From the NCBI GenBank assembly GCA_027923505.1, contig BROI01000003.1, forward strand, positions 806,001 to 870,000: 64,000 nt of DNA, written 5' to 3'. Numbering within the stretch: position 1 is the stretch's first letter; every line of letters begins with the position of its first letter. Source of the stretch: Mayamaea pseudoterrestris. Its lineage: Eukaryota. This document shows positions 11,039 to 22,527 of this stretch, in pieces. The translations under genes and the position numbers were made by a program. Under the pieces are notes generated by a model. That model made no database searches, was not told the origin of the DNA, and saw only the letters and a list, made by a program, of their open reading frames with translations.

Positions 11039-13249
11039 TTATAACTCAATTTCAAAGCCTTTGTTTTCATTCACGTCTTCGCTTTCCTCGTCGTCCTCAT
11101 CATGTTGGTCCGTTTCAGCATCCGCAACCTCTTCTTCGGCCGAGCCATGATCGAAGTCTTCGTCGTCAAAGTCTCCGTTATGATCTTCAATCACATCATG
11201 TAAGTGAGGTTCGGATACTTCATGCTGGTAGAAATCCTCCTCAGTCCGCTGCTCGCCGACAATTTCTCCATCAAATCCTTCCCCTTCCGCGCGACCTTCT
11301 TCTTCTGCACTATCCTCTACAACCTGTGATTCAGCTTCAATAGCTTTTTGATCGCTGTCTACTTCCCCTTGCCCGCCAATCACATCAAGCTCTACTTCAT
11401 CGCGAATCTGCGCAATAAACTCCATGGAATCTTTATGCACTTCATCAACACCATTAGCAACCGAAGTAAGTTCCATTGTTGGCCGCGAAGTGTTATCAGT
11501 CAACGGAGGACATTCGTATGAATGTACTAAGCGCTTCCTCGTTTCAGTAAAACCCATATTTGGAAGAATATCCGCTTGCAGCATGAAGAAGTTAAACCGA
11601 ACCAGGTGACGGTTTAGATTGTCAACACCAATCTTGTTCTCGCGATCCCACTCTTTACACAAATAGCTCCACAGGGCTTCTCCATCTTCACCTTCTAGCC
11701 CCGCCAAATAAGGAAACGACCGCCACCGGCCAGGACGCGCCGTCGCTGTGCAGGGCGCCCCGTCACCAGGAAGCTGCCAACTAACTTGGTCGCGACGTCC
11801 CCAAACATCCACAAAGGTCGACCCATCCTGCAACTCGCCTGGAGCGATCTCCCAAGTCACATATTCCTCTGCTCCAACAAAGACGTTCCAACGGTTGTGA
11901 AACACCGTGCTCCAGATATGCTTGACACTTTGTTGGCAAGTGTCGCTGTACAACCAGACGTTTCCTGCTGCCATAATTAGCAAACATATGATTGAGACAG
12001 CATACCAAACCTTTGTGGCCACTGAGCGCGACAGGCAAATGAATGAGTCGGATGCGGGCGGTAAAAACAAACACCATGGTGCACACGCCACGAGGGATAA
12101 AAGTGTCGAGTTTCGGAGGCAAAGGGCAATGCCAACATGCATGGAAACAATCATTGTGACCGCAAGATAAACCATCCACATCCACGAGCGATGGAGACCC
12201 AACATGGCTACTGGTGTCGCGAGTAGTTCCACCCACACCACTACTGGAGTCATGACTCTCAACCCATGCGGACCAACAAGCGCGTATAGATACTGCGCCG
12301 GCAGCGTGTGACGAGCATACGTGTCGAGTGCCGGCAATGGATCAGCGCCATAAGTCCATCCTCCAAGTGGGTCCATGAGCTTGCCATAACCAGCGTCAAA
12401 ATAGATCCAGCAAAGAAGAATCTTTAGCGCAACTGTTGCTGGATTGACCGTCCACGCCTTGCGAGGCTCGGACCACGGAAGAAAGATGGAGAGAAAAAGC
12501 AGATAGTGAAAGTATCTGTCAAGAATGTAGCTCATCCAAGTATTACGCAGCGTCAAGGACAAGTACATGAACCATGAAACTGCCGCAGCGAATCTCGTGA
12601 AAATTCCAAGCGTAAAAAGGATTGCAAAGACAAGCTCGACACTGAGCAAAACATATTGCTCCCAAAGCTTGCCAAATCGACAATGAACACAGACAAGTCT
12701 GTAAATGTCATCAACCTTGGGCACGAGAAGTCGAAGAGGAAGCGTTCCCTCGTCCGAATAAAAGGGCCGGAGGAAGCGAAACCGGAGAGTCAATTCAATC
12801 ACCAAAAGACCCCCCAGAACCAAACGAAAGAGAGCCAAGTGACTCCCGCATGTTCCCCAAACGGCTCTCCATCCGCGAATGGTTCCGTCAGCGTTGGTTG
12901 TCTGGTTGTCGTGACTGTTGCTCTTGACAGCTGATGGTTGCAGCTGCGTAAGTTCGTTTTCGACTCGTCGCAACTCCCCGTGGTGATAGTCAAGATTCTC
13001 CTTCATCATACTCTGTGTTGACGCATCCTGACTCAGAATAAATGAAATCCCCTGTAGCAGCATAGCCTTTTCTTCCTGTAACTCTTCCGTTCGACTCGGT
13101 TTGGGACGAAGTCCAGCGTTTTCTTCCGCGAATCGATTGATTCGAGTGAAATCAACCATGCATTCGTGACAGCTCTCGCGTCCATGCGACTGGCAGAAGC
13201 TACGGCCCACATTGTCCGTTTGAGTAGAGGAATAGTACATAAGGTACAC
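11039..13249 (-). CDS. HTTM-domain polytopic membrane protein with N-terminal Cys/His module and acidic tail; start uncertain
   Basis: HTTM-like segments LALFRLVLG, FYSDEGTLP, LGIFTRFA..SW, LRN, IYFDAGYGKL, MHVGIAL; many hydrophobic helices; 736-codon ORF. Confidence 0.75.
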   Translation of the reverse strand: MYLMYYSSTQTDNVGRSFCQSHGRESCHECMVDFTRINRFAEENAGLRPKPSRTEELQEEKAMLLQGISFILSQDASTQSMMKENLDYHHGELRRVENELTQLQPSAVKSNSHDNQTTNADGTIRGWRAVWGTCGSHLALFRLVLGGLLVIELTLRFRFLRPFYSDEGTLPLRLLVPKVDDIYRLVCVHCRFGKLWEQYVLLSVELVFAILFTLGIFTRFAAAVSWFMYLSLTLRNTWMSYILDRYFHYLLFLSIFLPWSEPRKAWTVNPATVALKILLCWIYFDAGYGKLMDPLGGWTYGADPLPALDTYARHTLPAQYLYALVGPHGLRVMTPVVVWVELLATPVAMLGLHRSWMWMVYLAVTMIVSMHVGIALCLRNSTLLSLVACAPWCLFLPPASDSFICLSRSVATKVWYAVSIICLLIMAAGNVWLYSDTCQQSVKHIWSTVFHNRWNVFVGAEEYVTWEIAPGELQDGSTFVDVWGRRDQVSWQLPGDGAPCTATARPGRWRSFPYLAGLEGEDGEALWSYLCKEWDRENKIGVDNLNRHLVRFNFFMLQADILPNMGFTETRKRLVHSYECPPLTDNTSRPTMELTSVANGVDEVHKDSMEFIAQIRDEVELDVIGGQGEVDSDQKAIEAESQVVEDSAEEEGRAEGEGFDGEIVGEQRTEEDFYQHEVSEPHLHDVIEDHNGDFDDEDFDHGSAEEEVADAETDQHDEDDEESEDVNENKGFEIEL

Positions 13250-13489
13250 TGGGAAAAATTGATAGCAATGCAGTGATGGTGGTCCTGTCGCGATCCACTA
13301 TCCACTCGTTGATGGATCCATCCACTCGCAGCATCAGCGTGACATCTGTCGTAGCGGTTCTCAATTCGAATCGTCGATCTTCCGATCCTCGATCCTCGTT
13401 GCCCGTTGCCCCTTCATCTTTCTCGCTCGTTGCTTCGTCGCCTCAAGGAATCTCCAGTAAACTTCTTCAGCAATTTTACTCGTCCGATC

Positions 13490-14383
13490 ATGGAGACGAA
13501 TGCAAGTAGAGATCTTAACGAGGTGATCGTCTCTGGCTTTGGCCGCATTCAGCGTGACATTGCCGCTCCGTCACCGTTGACGTCTACCTTATCCAACAAC
13601 GATACATCATTGCTGTACTGGTTCTGCGAACCAAAAGACAGCGGCTCTTGGGCATTGTCGAACAACCTTTCCGTCTTGACCATTGTACCTCCCCGCAAGC
13701 AAGACTTTTGGCGGAGGACGCACTATGATCCGACCATTGTCAAGGACGATGGGCCATTTCTCTACGTCAAGCTTCCTTACGATCCTACTCTATCTAATGA
13801 TTCTCATCATTACATAGTTGAATCAGAGTTCACTTTGCGCGCTGTCCGACAATTCGATCAAGCTGGAATCATGATAAGACTTAGTTACGAACACTGGCTC
13901 AAGACAGGCATTGAAGTTGTCGACAAGCAGCCGCGTTTATCCTGCGTCGTCACCAACGTTTACAGTGACTGGTCGGCACAGCCTTGGTTGTCATCAGCGC
14001 AAGATGCAAATGTTTTTAACACGCCACAAGAAAACACAGAGCAGGGCACGCCTTTAGCGTCAATGGCAACTCCAGTGGTCATTGCGCACTGCCATTTGCG
14101 AGTCCATGTGAGAGACGAGACTTTTGTCGTAGAAGTCAAAGCGCATAGTGGATCTTGGGAGTTTGTTCGGATTGCATTCATTTCAAAGCGAATGGTGGAT
14201 TTGGCGCGGCGCAAGCAGGAAGGAGTCGAAGTCAATGCATCAAGCCATGGGCCAGATCCAGCCAGTGGCCAACTATGGGCTGGCGTTTTTGCTTGCTCGC
14301 CAGAGGAGCAACAGGGTGGATCGGCAACCTTTTCAAACTTTCGTATAACCAAAGGATCATCATTTGATCATCAGGCCATTTAA
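13490..14383 (+). CDS. DUF1349 / Ree1-like concanavalin-A-fold protein
   Basis: KQDFWRRTHY..KDDGPF, QFDQAGIMIR..HWLKTGIEVVD, SCVVTNVYSDWS, AGVFACSP, ATFSNF. First in-frame ATG at 13490. Confidence 0.85.
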   Translation: METNASRDLNEVIVSGFGRIQRDIAAPSPLTSTLSNNDTSLLYWFCEPKDSGSWALSNNLSVLTIVPPRKQDFWRRTHYDPTIVKDDGPFLYVKLPYDPTLSNDSHHYIVESEFTLRAVRQFDQAGIMIRLSYEHWLKTGIEVVDKQPRLSCVVTNVYSDWSAQPWLSSAQDANVFNTPQENTEQGTPLASMATPVVIAHCHLRVHVRDETFVVEVKAHSGSWEFVRIAFISKRMVDLARRKQEGVEVNASSHGPDPASGQLWAGVFACSPEEQQGGSATFSNFRITKGSSFDHQAI

Positions 14384-15252
14384 ACCGCTCTTTCCGAGTA
14401 GGTCAATGCAGAATGCTGCCTTGACAAGTGTTGATTAGACATTCCCAGCCATGTGAATATCCAGCAGTATCAACTGCAAAATATTTAAAGCGGTCAATAG
14501 TTTGTTGGTGTCTATGGATGGAATAGGCCTTGTCATGGAACATAAAAACCAATACTGCAAAGACCTGGCCATCCCGTCAGGGAGAGGCAATGCACGGTAA
14601 GGTATGGGCCATCCTTAGTATATAGAAAATTCAGTTGCTTCAAACTAAACTGAAACCATCATTAACAAGATATCTGGGTAGTGTGGTGTCCTAAGCTGCC
14701 TATCTAAAAAGGGGAGCGCCAGTAACCACTGTGTTGCTGTGCTCGCCCAGTTGTGCCGCGGGAATGTGAGTACCGGTACTATGTAATGAAAACTTGTACG
14801 ACACGTCGACTCGTCGTCCCGCGTGTGCGATTGTGAAGTCGCCTCCACCTCCAGCAATCCATGATCATGTCTCTCGTCTTGACAAGTTGACACTGCTCCT
14901 TCAAAGAGGCATGCCAACGTCACCCCAACTTAAGTTCGTAATCCTGATTTGGCACAGTGCGATACATGGATGAGACGTCAACAACAAACGTCGTCCTTTA
15001 ATTTGCATCTCAACGATCGTCGGAATTCATCAGCAAATGCCCAGCACCAACAATGGCCATCACAATTCCATCAGCATACATGGGCTTCACCAAAACGAAA
15101 AAGTGTGATAACGATCATTGTCCGCGGTAGCTTTGCAGCACTTTTCCAGAATCTTGGTGGCCATTGCACCAAAGTGCTCGTCAAATCATATTTGTTCTTC
15201 AAGAAAAAGGTCTCTAGGACGAGGCACGAGATCCGATCTGGCACCTGTCAAA

Positions 15253-16848
15253 ATGGTTGGCCGCCTATCGCTTAGCAATATTGGCATTGCATCGTCTTTT
15301 CTTGTGACTGCTTTTACATATCGACATGGAGTAGTTGATGTTTTCGGTACGCTTATGTGGTTATTACTGCAATCGCAAATGTTCCTAAGCGGCTTGTCCA
15401 AGAAATCTATGCTACTTGGAGCCTGGATAGCCGCTTATATGTTGCTAGTGAAGTTCATTATTGCAAACAAGTCGGGCCGATTACGACAATGGGTCATGGA
15501 CGTGCAGTGCTCAACCAATTCGGCTATGGTACGAGCGAAGTCAAGTGAGACAGTGAATCGCATTTGTTCCAGCGCCGCTGCTACCTCTTGCGCACGATTA
15601 TTGACGTTAGCGGGTTGTGGGCACACTATAAAACACGAAGACAGAACGCTGGTTATTTCAGCCGCCGAGTCATTCATTTCAGTAGACTTGATTGCTACTC
15701 TCAATTTGGTGGATATTAAGCGTCTTTTCTACTATGCACGGCACGTCAACAATGGCGCATTCGATCGAGAAACTTTTCTTTCTTCCCTAAGACCGCCTGC
15801 GAGGCTTGCCCTTTATTTGATGGATGAGGTAACAGCGACGTCGCGCGGCGGCGTCCCTCTTTCAAACTCACGACGCGACATGGACGCACTATACTACGCT
15901 GCCGTTTTGCGCATTTTCGCCGAGTGGCGTTACGTTCGACTCATCCCTCGAAACTCAGGGCAACGATATGTCTTCGGCATGGGAATGGCTCGACGTGACT
16001 TAGTACAAAACATAGCGAAGATTGAAGCTGCTGCGCATCATTGGCTCCTGTTCCATGAGTGCTCGGCCCGGCAGTGGCAGCAGGAGAATGACGACCCAAG
16101 TCAGTCGCCCATCGAAAGTCCAACAATACGCCAACTGTTAGAAAGCGAGATCAAAGGTAACCTGCATCGACGACTCCCATGTCTTGCTGACCAATCCGCT
16201 GCGTCTGGCCTCTTGTGGTCCAAGCGACAGCTGCAGTATCAGACAAGCTTTTTTGAGTTCATTCTACAAGTCCCTTTTACATATCACAGCTCCAAAGAAG
16301 CGGTGTATGCAGCCTATAAGTCGACTTATGACAAGTATCATGGCTTCTTTGTAAGGCAAGTTTTCCACAGCTCTTTTGAGGCTGCTCCTTCTGCCGATAA
16401 CATATTGTTGTGTGTCCGATCCGAAGGCCAGGTGGACGATTATTCCCAAAATGCCGACATGTCAGACACTGACAGTGAGGATAATTGCAAGTACTTGGCT
16501 GAGCTTCCTATTGATCAGTCTGTGGATGTGGCTTTGCGCGAAAATGCTCAAGATGCATTACCTTCGAATCATTTGTTACAAAATATGTTCGACCGCATTG
16601 TCAAAGAGGTTCGCATTTATGTGACGCAGTGCATCGGACACGGTAAAGTCCAGTCGTCACACCACAGCAATGTATTAAAGGCAACTGAACATGCGCAAGC
16701 TAAGAGTGCAGCGATCAATACGGAGTATGTGGCCTCTCCAAGTACTACAACAGACATTCCGGCTTTCGTTCTTGTAGTCAAACCGCTACTCCTCGAGCTT
16801 GATAGCCTCATTGCTCGATTCAACATGAACGACCCAACTAAGGTGTAA
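15253..16848 (+). CDS. Protein with C-terminal glycolipid transfer protein (GLTP)-like domain and N-terminal hydrophobic segments
   Basis: SAASGLLWSKRQL, AY..TYDKYHGFFVRQVF..AAP and terminal MNDPTKV resemble the GLTP/HET-C2 fold. ATG at 15253. Confidence 0.7.
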   Translation: MVGRLSLSNIGIASSFLVTAFTYRHGVVDVFGTLMWLLLQSQMFLSGLSKKSMLLGAWIAAYMLLVKFIIANKSGRLRQWVMDVQCSTNSAMVRAKSSETVNRICSSAAATSCARLLTLAGCGHTIKHEDRTLVISAAESFISVDLIATLNLVDIKRLFYYARHVNNGAFDRETFLSSLRPPARLALYLMDEVTATSRGGVPLSNSRRDMDALYYAAVLRIFAEWRYVRLIPRNSGQRYVFGMGMARRDLVQNIAKIEAAAHHWLLFHECSARQWQQENDDPSQSPIESPTIRQLLESEIKGNLHRRLPCLADQSAASGLLWSKRQLQYQTSFFEFILQVPFTYHSSKEAVYAAYKSTYDKYHGFFVRQVFHSSFEAAPSADNILLCVRSEGQVDDYSQNADMSDTDSEDNCKYLAELPIDQSVDVALRENAQDALPSNHLLQNMFDRIVKEVRIYVTQCIGHGKVQSSHHSNVLKATEHAQAKSAAINTEYVASPSTTTDIPAFVLVVKPLLLELDSLIARFNMNDPTKV

Positions 16849-17395
16849 AGACGACATGTCCAACCACTGCCCATCCATATACACATTCGTCGCAGCTAAT
16901 CGTTCGATGCTATCATACTTTCTTACTTCTCGGCAAGATTGACTATCAGCCCCTACTACCGGAAAGTATTTAAAGTCACGTCTACTCAAAGATATCGTTG
17001 TCTAATTGTCTTGGCAAGACTAGCAGTGACATACACAAGTCACGGAATAGAGTAGAGTGAACTACACTACCGGATTTTCTTGGTGATCTGTAGCGTTCAC
17101 TGGTTCCCCATTTTAGGTAGCTAATTCACCACCGGGTCTCTCATTCGCGAAAATGTAACCGTCTATTAACGCTTACTTTCGATTCGTGTGATCCAACGAT
17201 TGACTACCGGAAAGACGGTAGTAAACTTTCCACGTAATTCTACAAGGTAGTGACGGCACCCCGCAACCGCGCCGTCGCGCCAGCCGCGCGCCGTAACTCT
17301 CGTCTCACAATCTTCACATCGCAATCGCAATCCGTCGACTCACAAAACACAAAACGAGTCCTCATTGCCGAGCATATCACATACATCAGCACAAC

Positions 17396-17902
17396 ATGCC
17401 GTCTTTCACAAGAACTTCTATCTCATCCCCATTGCAAGAAGTGATCACTCCAAGAGTTAAACGATCTGCCACCGAATGCCAATGGACGATTCCACCTGCA
17501 CCGAAAGTTCGCCGTTCTGTCATATACGACGAAGACTTTCAGACCGACCTTTTCCTTCCTGATCTACAAGAAGAATGTGAGGTTGCGCTCTGTCGTCCAT
17601 TGAGCTATCGTCCCCATCTACCGGGCTCATTCTTTGATATGGCGTTCGTTAATGTGTTGTCAAAGGATATCTCCGAGGCCTGCCCAGTGGCTATCCCCTC
17701 CTGCTCCAGCGACAGCTCTGCGAGTGGCTTCTCAATAGACCAAAGCTTTTTGATCAATGAATGTGCAATGATAAGTTTTGACGAATGCGAGCTGATTTCT
17801 GAGAACGTACCTCGAATCAACTTGCGGCCTCGCTTTTCGTTTGACGAATTCGACTCAGCTTTTCTGCAAGACGACTGCAGCCACTGCAGCTTTGATCGTT
17901 AA
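17396..17902 (+). CDS. Hypothetical protein (168 aa)
   Basis: ATG ORF preceded by an A/C-rich leader; no recognisable domain. Confidence 0.55.
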   Translation: MPSFTRTSISSPLQEVITPRVKRSATECQWTIPPAPKVRRSVIYDEDFQTDLFLPDLQEECEVALCRPLSYRPHLPGSFFDMAFVNVLSKDISEACPVAIPSCSSDSSASGFSIDQSFLINECAMISFDECELISENVPRINLRPRFSFDEFDSAFLQDDCSHCSFDR

Positions 17903-18647
17903 GCTGCGGCCGATGATCTTATTCTTTCATTACAAGATACCAGAGCTGTCGTCATACAAGCAATCATGATGGGGCTTGGCGCATATCGCCAGCTGCAACC
18001 GTAAAAGCGGAGAAGCACTGACTATATTCTATAAAAATTGTATGTTACTCTACAACTATAATTATAAGTTACACACTATCACACTCCATTTAACTCTAGG
18101 CCACAGTGAATTTGCTGGCCGGGACAAGGACGACTCGAGCAAAGGCAAGCAAAGATAATGCGGTGATACCCAACTGCACCGTAAAGAACATGGCATGTGC
18201 AGAAACACCGTGGGAAGCATCTTGTTCGAATGTGGCATGTACAATGTATGCCGCATTTCGCATAATGCCCCGAAAATGTCAGTGCATCCGCGACATGTGC
18301 AGAGATACGCTCCGCCACCCGGCAAGACGCTTTGCACACGCGTAATCCGGGATATATGAAGTTGTGCTGGACAAGTTTGAGCCACAGTACAAACAGTACC
18401 GGTAGAGTTGATTTCACTACAGTAGTACATACCGGTATACGAGACAGTCAGTAAGATTCATGCATCATCACAGTCGCAGCAATTGAAATATCGGAACGGA
18501 AAGTGTGACTGACTGCGTTGTGATGAGAACCGGTACGACGTCACACTCGTCCAGCAAACCACAAACGCCAACTTCCGTTTTCATCCTTCCTTAACGTTTC
18601 TTGTTGCATCCTTGAAGTCGGCTCATTCGAAACAACAAGGTGTTGCC

Positions 18648-19287
18648 ATGGTGAACATACGTCAGGCGACAGTCAACGACTTGCTGGAAATGCAGACGAC
18701 AAATTTGCTTTGTTTGCCGGAGAATTACCAGGTCCGTGGTGGCTGGCAGCAAGCAGCAAGCATCATGATGATAGCGAACAAGCTGTTTCGTCACATCCTC
18801 ACTAACAAGTTGTTTCGTCACATCATCGCAGATGAAGTACTACTTCTACCACATACTGAGCTGGCCGCAGCTACTATGGGTGGCCGAGGACGACTTTGGT
18901 AAAGTTGTCGGCTACGTATTGGCGAAAATGGAGGAAGACGAGAGCCAACCAAAGCACGGCCACATTACGTCGCTCAGTGTTATTCGAACTCATCGCAAAC
19001 GAGGAATTGCGACTGCACTTATGCGCCGGTCGCAGCGGGAGATGGAGGATGTGTTTGGTGCCGAGTATGTCAGCTTGCATGTGCGAAAGTCGAATAAGGC
19101 GGCATTTCACCTTTATAGTGTCACCTTGGCTTATGAAGTAAATGACGTCGAAAAGGGATACTATGCAGACGGTGAAGACGCTTACGATATGCGCTGCTAC
19201 TTTGAGAGCAACGCCAAATCCAGGCCGCCTGCGAAAGAAATGGCGGGCTTGAGCATCGAGGGAAAACCGAATGCCAATAAAGCGTAG
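18648..19287 (+). CDS. NAA10: N-alpha-acetyltransferase catalytic subunit (NatA, ARD1); exons 18648-18731, 18832-19287
   Basis: [52 protein letters not shown]; intron 18732-18831. Confidence 0.97.
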
Positions 19288-19707
19288 ATGTGGGTTGACG
19301 GATAATACCGGGAAAAGCTTTTGTCACTCTTCTTGTTGTCTTCTTTGCTGTCAACGAATAGCCGCAGAAATTAAACTAGGTGGCCGACTCACTCTCTGCG
19401 ACTGAGTAGCAGATGTTTGGCATGCCTTGCCGCCTTTGGCGCGACCGGTATAGCTACGATTATCTTCCAGTGCCATTATCGCATCACTTCATACATAGTG
19501 TGCATGCAAAGAGATCGCGAAATGAATAAATGAGCATGGTGCATACATAGCTTTCAACCAACACCATTCTCCAAACTATCGATAGCCTGATCCCTAATCG
19601 TAGAATTCGCCATTTTTCGGCGCCGCGCCAGTTTTGTTGCACGACAATGTGCACCATGACAACAACAACGCCAGCATATCATCATATTCAGTAATCGTCC
19701 AACAGCA

Positions 19708-21849
19708 ATGACCTCCTTGCAGCCTGCAACCTCGTCGTCAGAGGCAGAAGGATGGGCTGTTAAATTTGTTCCGTTTTCATCTGCCATCGATTCGCCATTC
19801 TGGGTCAAATATTGTCAAGAAAAACTTGACACAATTAAGCTCAGCGAAGACCCCATCTCTATCAGACCGTCCTATAGTCCCGAGTCGCCACCAAGAGTAC
19901 AGTGTCAGGAGAGCTCGCTGCAAATTTCAACCGCAAGCACCGTTCTTGTTCCAAATGAGCGCATTGCAATGATGGGTGAACTCATCGGATTCAACACTTT
20001 GGAGTCCTTTCAAAAGGTGGACAAGAACAAGCTTTTGAACAAGTTTTTTGTTCCTAATTTCCTTGAAGGCAAAGTTGATTGCCTAGCATCAGTTCTATTG
20101 CTGACGTTTGCCGATTTGAAGAGCCACAAAGTCCTCTACTGGTTCGCCTTTCCGTCGCTCATGTTGCGTCCGGGGTGCTTCATTCGAGCGCTGCGTCAAG
20201 AGAAGCTTCCCGACGCGTACTCGAGTCTCGCTTTGAACCTTGACTTTATGCGCCGATCGCTTCTCGCTGACGGATACAAAGGGATGCCGCCCTATTTCCT
20301 CTTTACGCGGCAGTCTTGCTTGCCACTATCGGTCGAATCTTATGCAGCGCTAAAGTCTGACTGTGGAATCGCCGACGAAATTGTGTTTGGTTTCTTCGAT
20401 CCGTCTGGTCCAGTCTCGCATTCGCAGTCAGATCAGCCCATGGGGTGGCCGATGCGTAATCTTGTAGCTTTTCTCTCTCACCATTTAGATTTGGGAGGCA
20501 AGATTGTCAGAATTTTCAGTTGTCGCACTAAGATTATGCGCCGCATTGACTCCGAGAATGTTAATAGCTCTCTTAATTCCGCTCATCTGGATGGGATTGT
20601 TCTAAACGTTTCCATTCCCGCAGTGACGGACTACAACGCTGTCGATAGTGCTGACGATCCCATCCAGGCCATTGGATGGGAGCTGAATGCGCGATCAAAG
20701 CCTGGCCCACGATGGGTGAATCTCCGCCCTCTGCTCGACTCGAAACACTTGGCTGTTCAAGCAGCGGATTTAAATCTTAAGTTAATGAAGTGGCGCATGA
20801 TTCCAGATTTGCAAGTTGAGCAACTGCAAATGACCAAGGTGTTGCTTATTGGCGCCGGCACATTGGGTTGCAGCGTCGCTCGCACGCTGCTCGGTTGGGG
20901 TATACGCCGTTTCAAATTTGTTGACTATGGCAAGGTCAACTACTCAAATCCTGTTCGACAGAATCTGTTCACTTTGGATGATTGCGACGCGGACAATGGA
21001 ACGGGACGCCCAAAGGCTGCGGCAGCTGCGAATGCCTTGAGCATGATTGCTGCCGATGCTGACGCGGAAGGCGTTTCGCTTTCAATTCCCATGCCGGGAC
21101 ATGCAGAGTCTCGAGAGTCCCTCCAAGCATCAGTGATTGCACTAGACAAGCTTGTAGCTGAGGCCGACGCCGTTTTTCTCTTGACGGATACGCGCGAATC
21201 GCGCTGGCTGCCTACAATCATGGCGGCTAGTCATGGCAAGATTCTTATCAATGCTGCGTTAGGTCTGGATAGCTGGCTAGTCATGCGTCATGGCGGGGGC
21301 GTTGCCTGTGGTGCTGCGAGTAGACTTGGATGCTACTTTTGCAACGATGTGGTCGCTCCTGAAAATTCAACGCGCAACCGTACCTTGGACCAGCAGTGCA
21401 CCGTTACTCGACCTGGGTTGGCTCCAATTGCAAGTTCAATGGCTGTCGAGATGCTGATCTCGCTGTTGCATCATCCCGAGAAAGTTCATGCCGCAGCTCC
21501 GACAGCCTCGAACGTGATTGCGTATTCGCAAACTGTGACCAGTAATGCAAGCACCAGTCCATTGGGAGTCATTCCTCATCAGATCCGTGGGTCACTCGTG
21601 AGTTACACCATGATGACACCGACTGTCCCGGCGTTTAAGCATTGTACCGCTTGCTCAATGCCGGTCGTGGAGGCCTATCTCCATGACAAGGTCGAATTTG
21701 TGTTTCGCGTTTGTGAGGCATCGAGTAGTTCCGTTCTGGAGGATATATCAGGCCTCACTACATTTCGAGCTCAGTCTGCGGAGATGATGAGCCAGCTTGA
21801 GGAGGACATTGACTGGGGCGAGGAAAGCGATGAACAAGGCGATGAGTGA
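19708..21849 (+). CDS. ATG7: Autophagy E1-like activating enzyme
   Basis: GAGTLGC, DLNLKLMKWR, SNPVRQ, LTDTRESRWLP, LGCYFCND, catalytic Cys in LDQQCTVTRPG. Confidence 0.97.
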   Translation: MTSLQPATSSSEAEGWAVKFVPFSSAIDSPFWVKYCQEKLDTIKLSEDPISIRPSYSPESPPRVQCQESSLQISTASTVLVPNERIAMMGELIGFNTLESFQKVDKNKLLNKFFVPNFLEGKVDCLASVLLLTFADLKSHKVLYWFAFPSLMLRPGCFIRALRQEKLPDAYSSLALNLDFMRRSLLADGYKGMPPYFLFTRQSCLPLSVESYAALKSDCGIADEIVFGFFDPSGPVSHSQSDQPMGWPMRNLVAFLSHHLDLGGKIVRIFSCRTKIMRRIDSENVNSSLNSAHLDGIVLNVSIPAVTDYNAVDSADDPIQAIGWELNARSKPGPRWVNLRPLLDSKHLAVQAADLNLKLMKWRMIPDLQVEQLQMTKVLLIGAGTLGCSVARTLLGWGIRRFKFVDYGKVNYSNPVRQNLFTLDDCDADNGTGRPKAAAAANALSMIAADADAEGVSLSIPMPGHAESRESLQASVIALDKLVAEADAVFLLTDTRESRWLPTIMAASHGKILINAALGLDSWLVMRHGGGVACGAASRLGCYFCNDVVAPENSTRNRTLDQQCTVTRPGLAPIASSMAVEMLISLLHHPEKVHAAAPTASNVIAYSQTVTSNASTSPLGVIPHQIRGSLVSYTMMTPTVPAFKHCTACSMPVVEAYLHDKVEFVFRVCEASSSSVLEDISGLTTFRAQSAEMMSQLEEDIDWGEESDEQGDE

Positions 21850-22527
21850 GCATGTGCGTTTGCTGTGAGCATCTACAAGCTTTGTATTCACAAATGCTCT
21901 ATATGATACCGGTTTGTCCACTTGTGTAAACTACATTTTCTACTGTCTCTTCCTTCTAAGACAGCTGTTTTCGGAGTACCTATATTATAAATGGCAAAGT
22001 AATCAAGCGAAGACAGTAAAGATCTTAGTGATGCTTTCTCTTTTGTACCGGTGCAATTGTGTATATCAATTTCAATTTACAGTTGTTAGCTCCGAAGGAG
22101 CTGCTAGCTACGGTGCGTTTTCGTACCGGTATAGGCGTGATACGGTAAAAAAGCATGTCGCACCGTCGCAAAAGCTGTCTCGGTGCGACGTGCCAGTCCC
22201 TTAAACGAATTTTTGGGTTGTGCGCGAGGCAGCATCAACGCCATCATCTTTCATTTGACTATCGTGCAGCTTGAGCTCTGTTGATAAGGCAACTCACTTT
22301 TCCTAATTTTTGTAAGCTAAGAGAAGTGAGCGAATACGTAATTTATTGACGTAGATCAACAGCGAGCCAAGTGGACGGGTCGTCACAAGTGGATTTTGTA
22401 GAAGCATTCACAGCAGTCCGGCACGGAGCACTTTAAAACCCAAATCGAAACCGTTCCTACATCTTGCTTATGCACGGAGAACTTGAAATATCAATAACAA
22501 CATTCAATACACGACTCTACCTGAATC

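Noticed and set aside
18062..18430. Cys-rich small protein ORFs
   Set aside because: Overlapping frames on both strands, two with non-ATG starts, and no regular Cys pattern.
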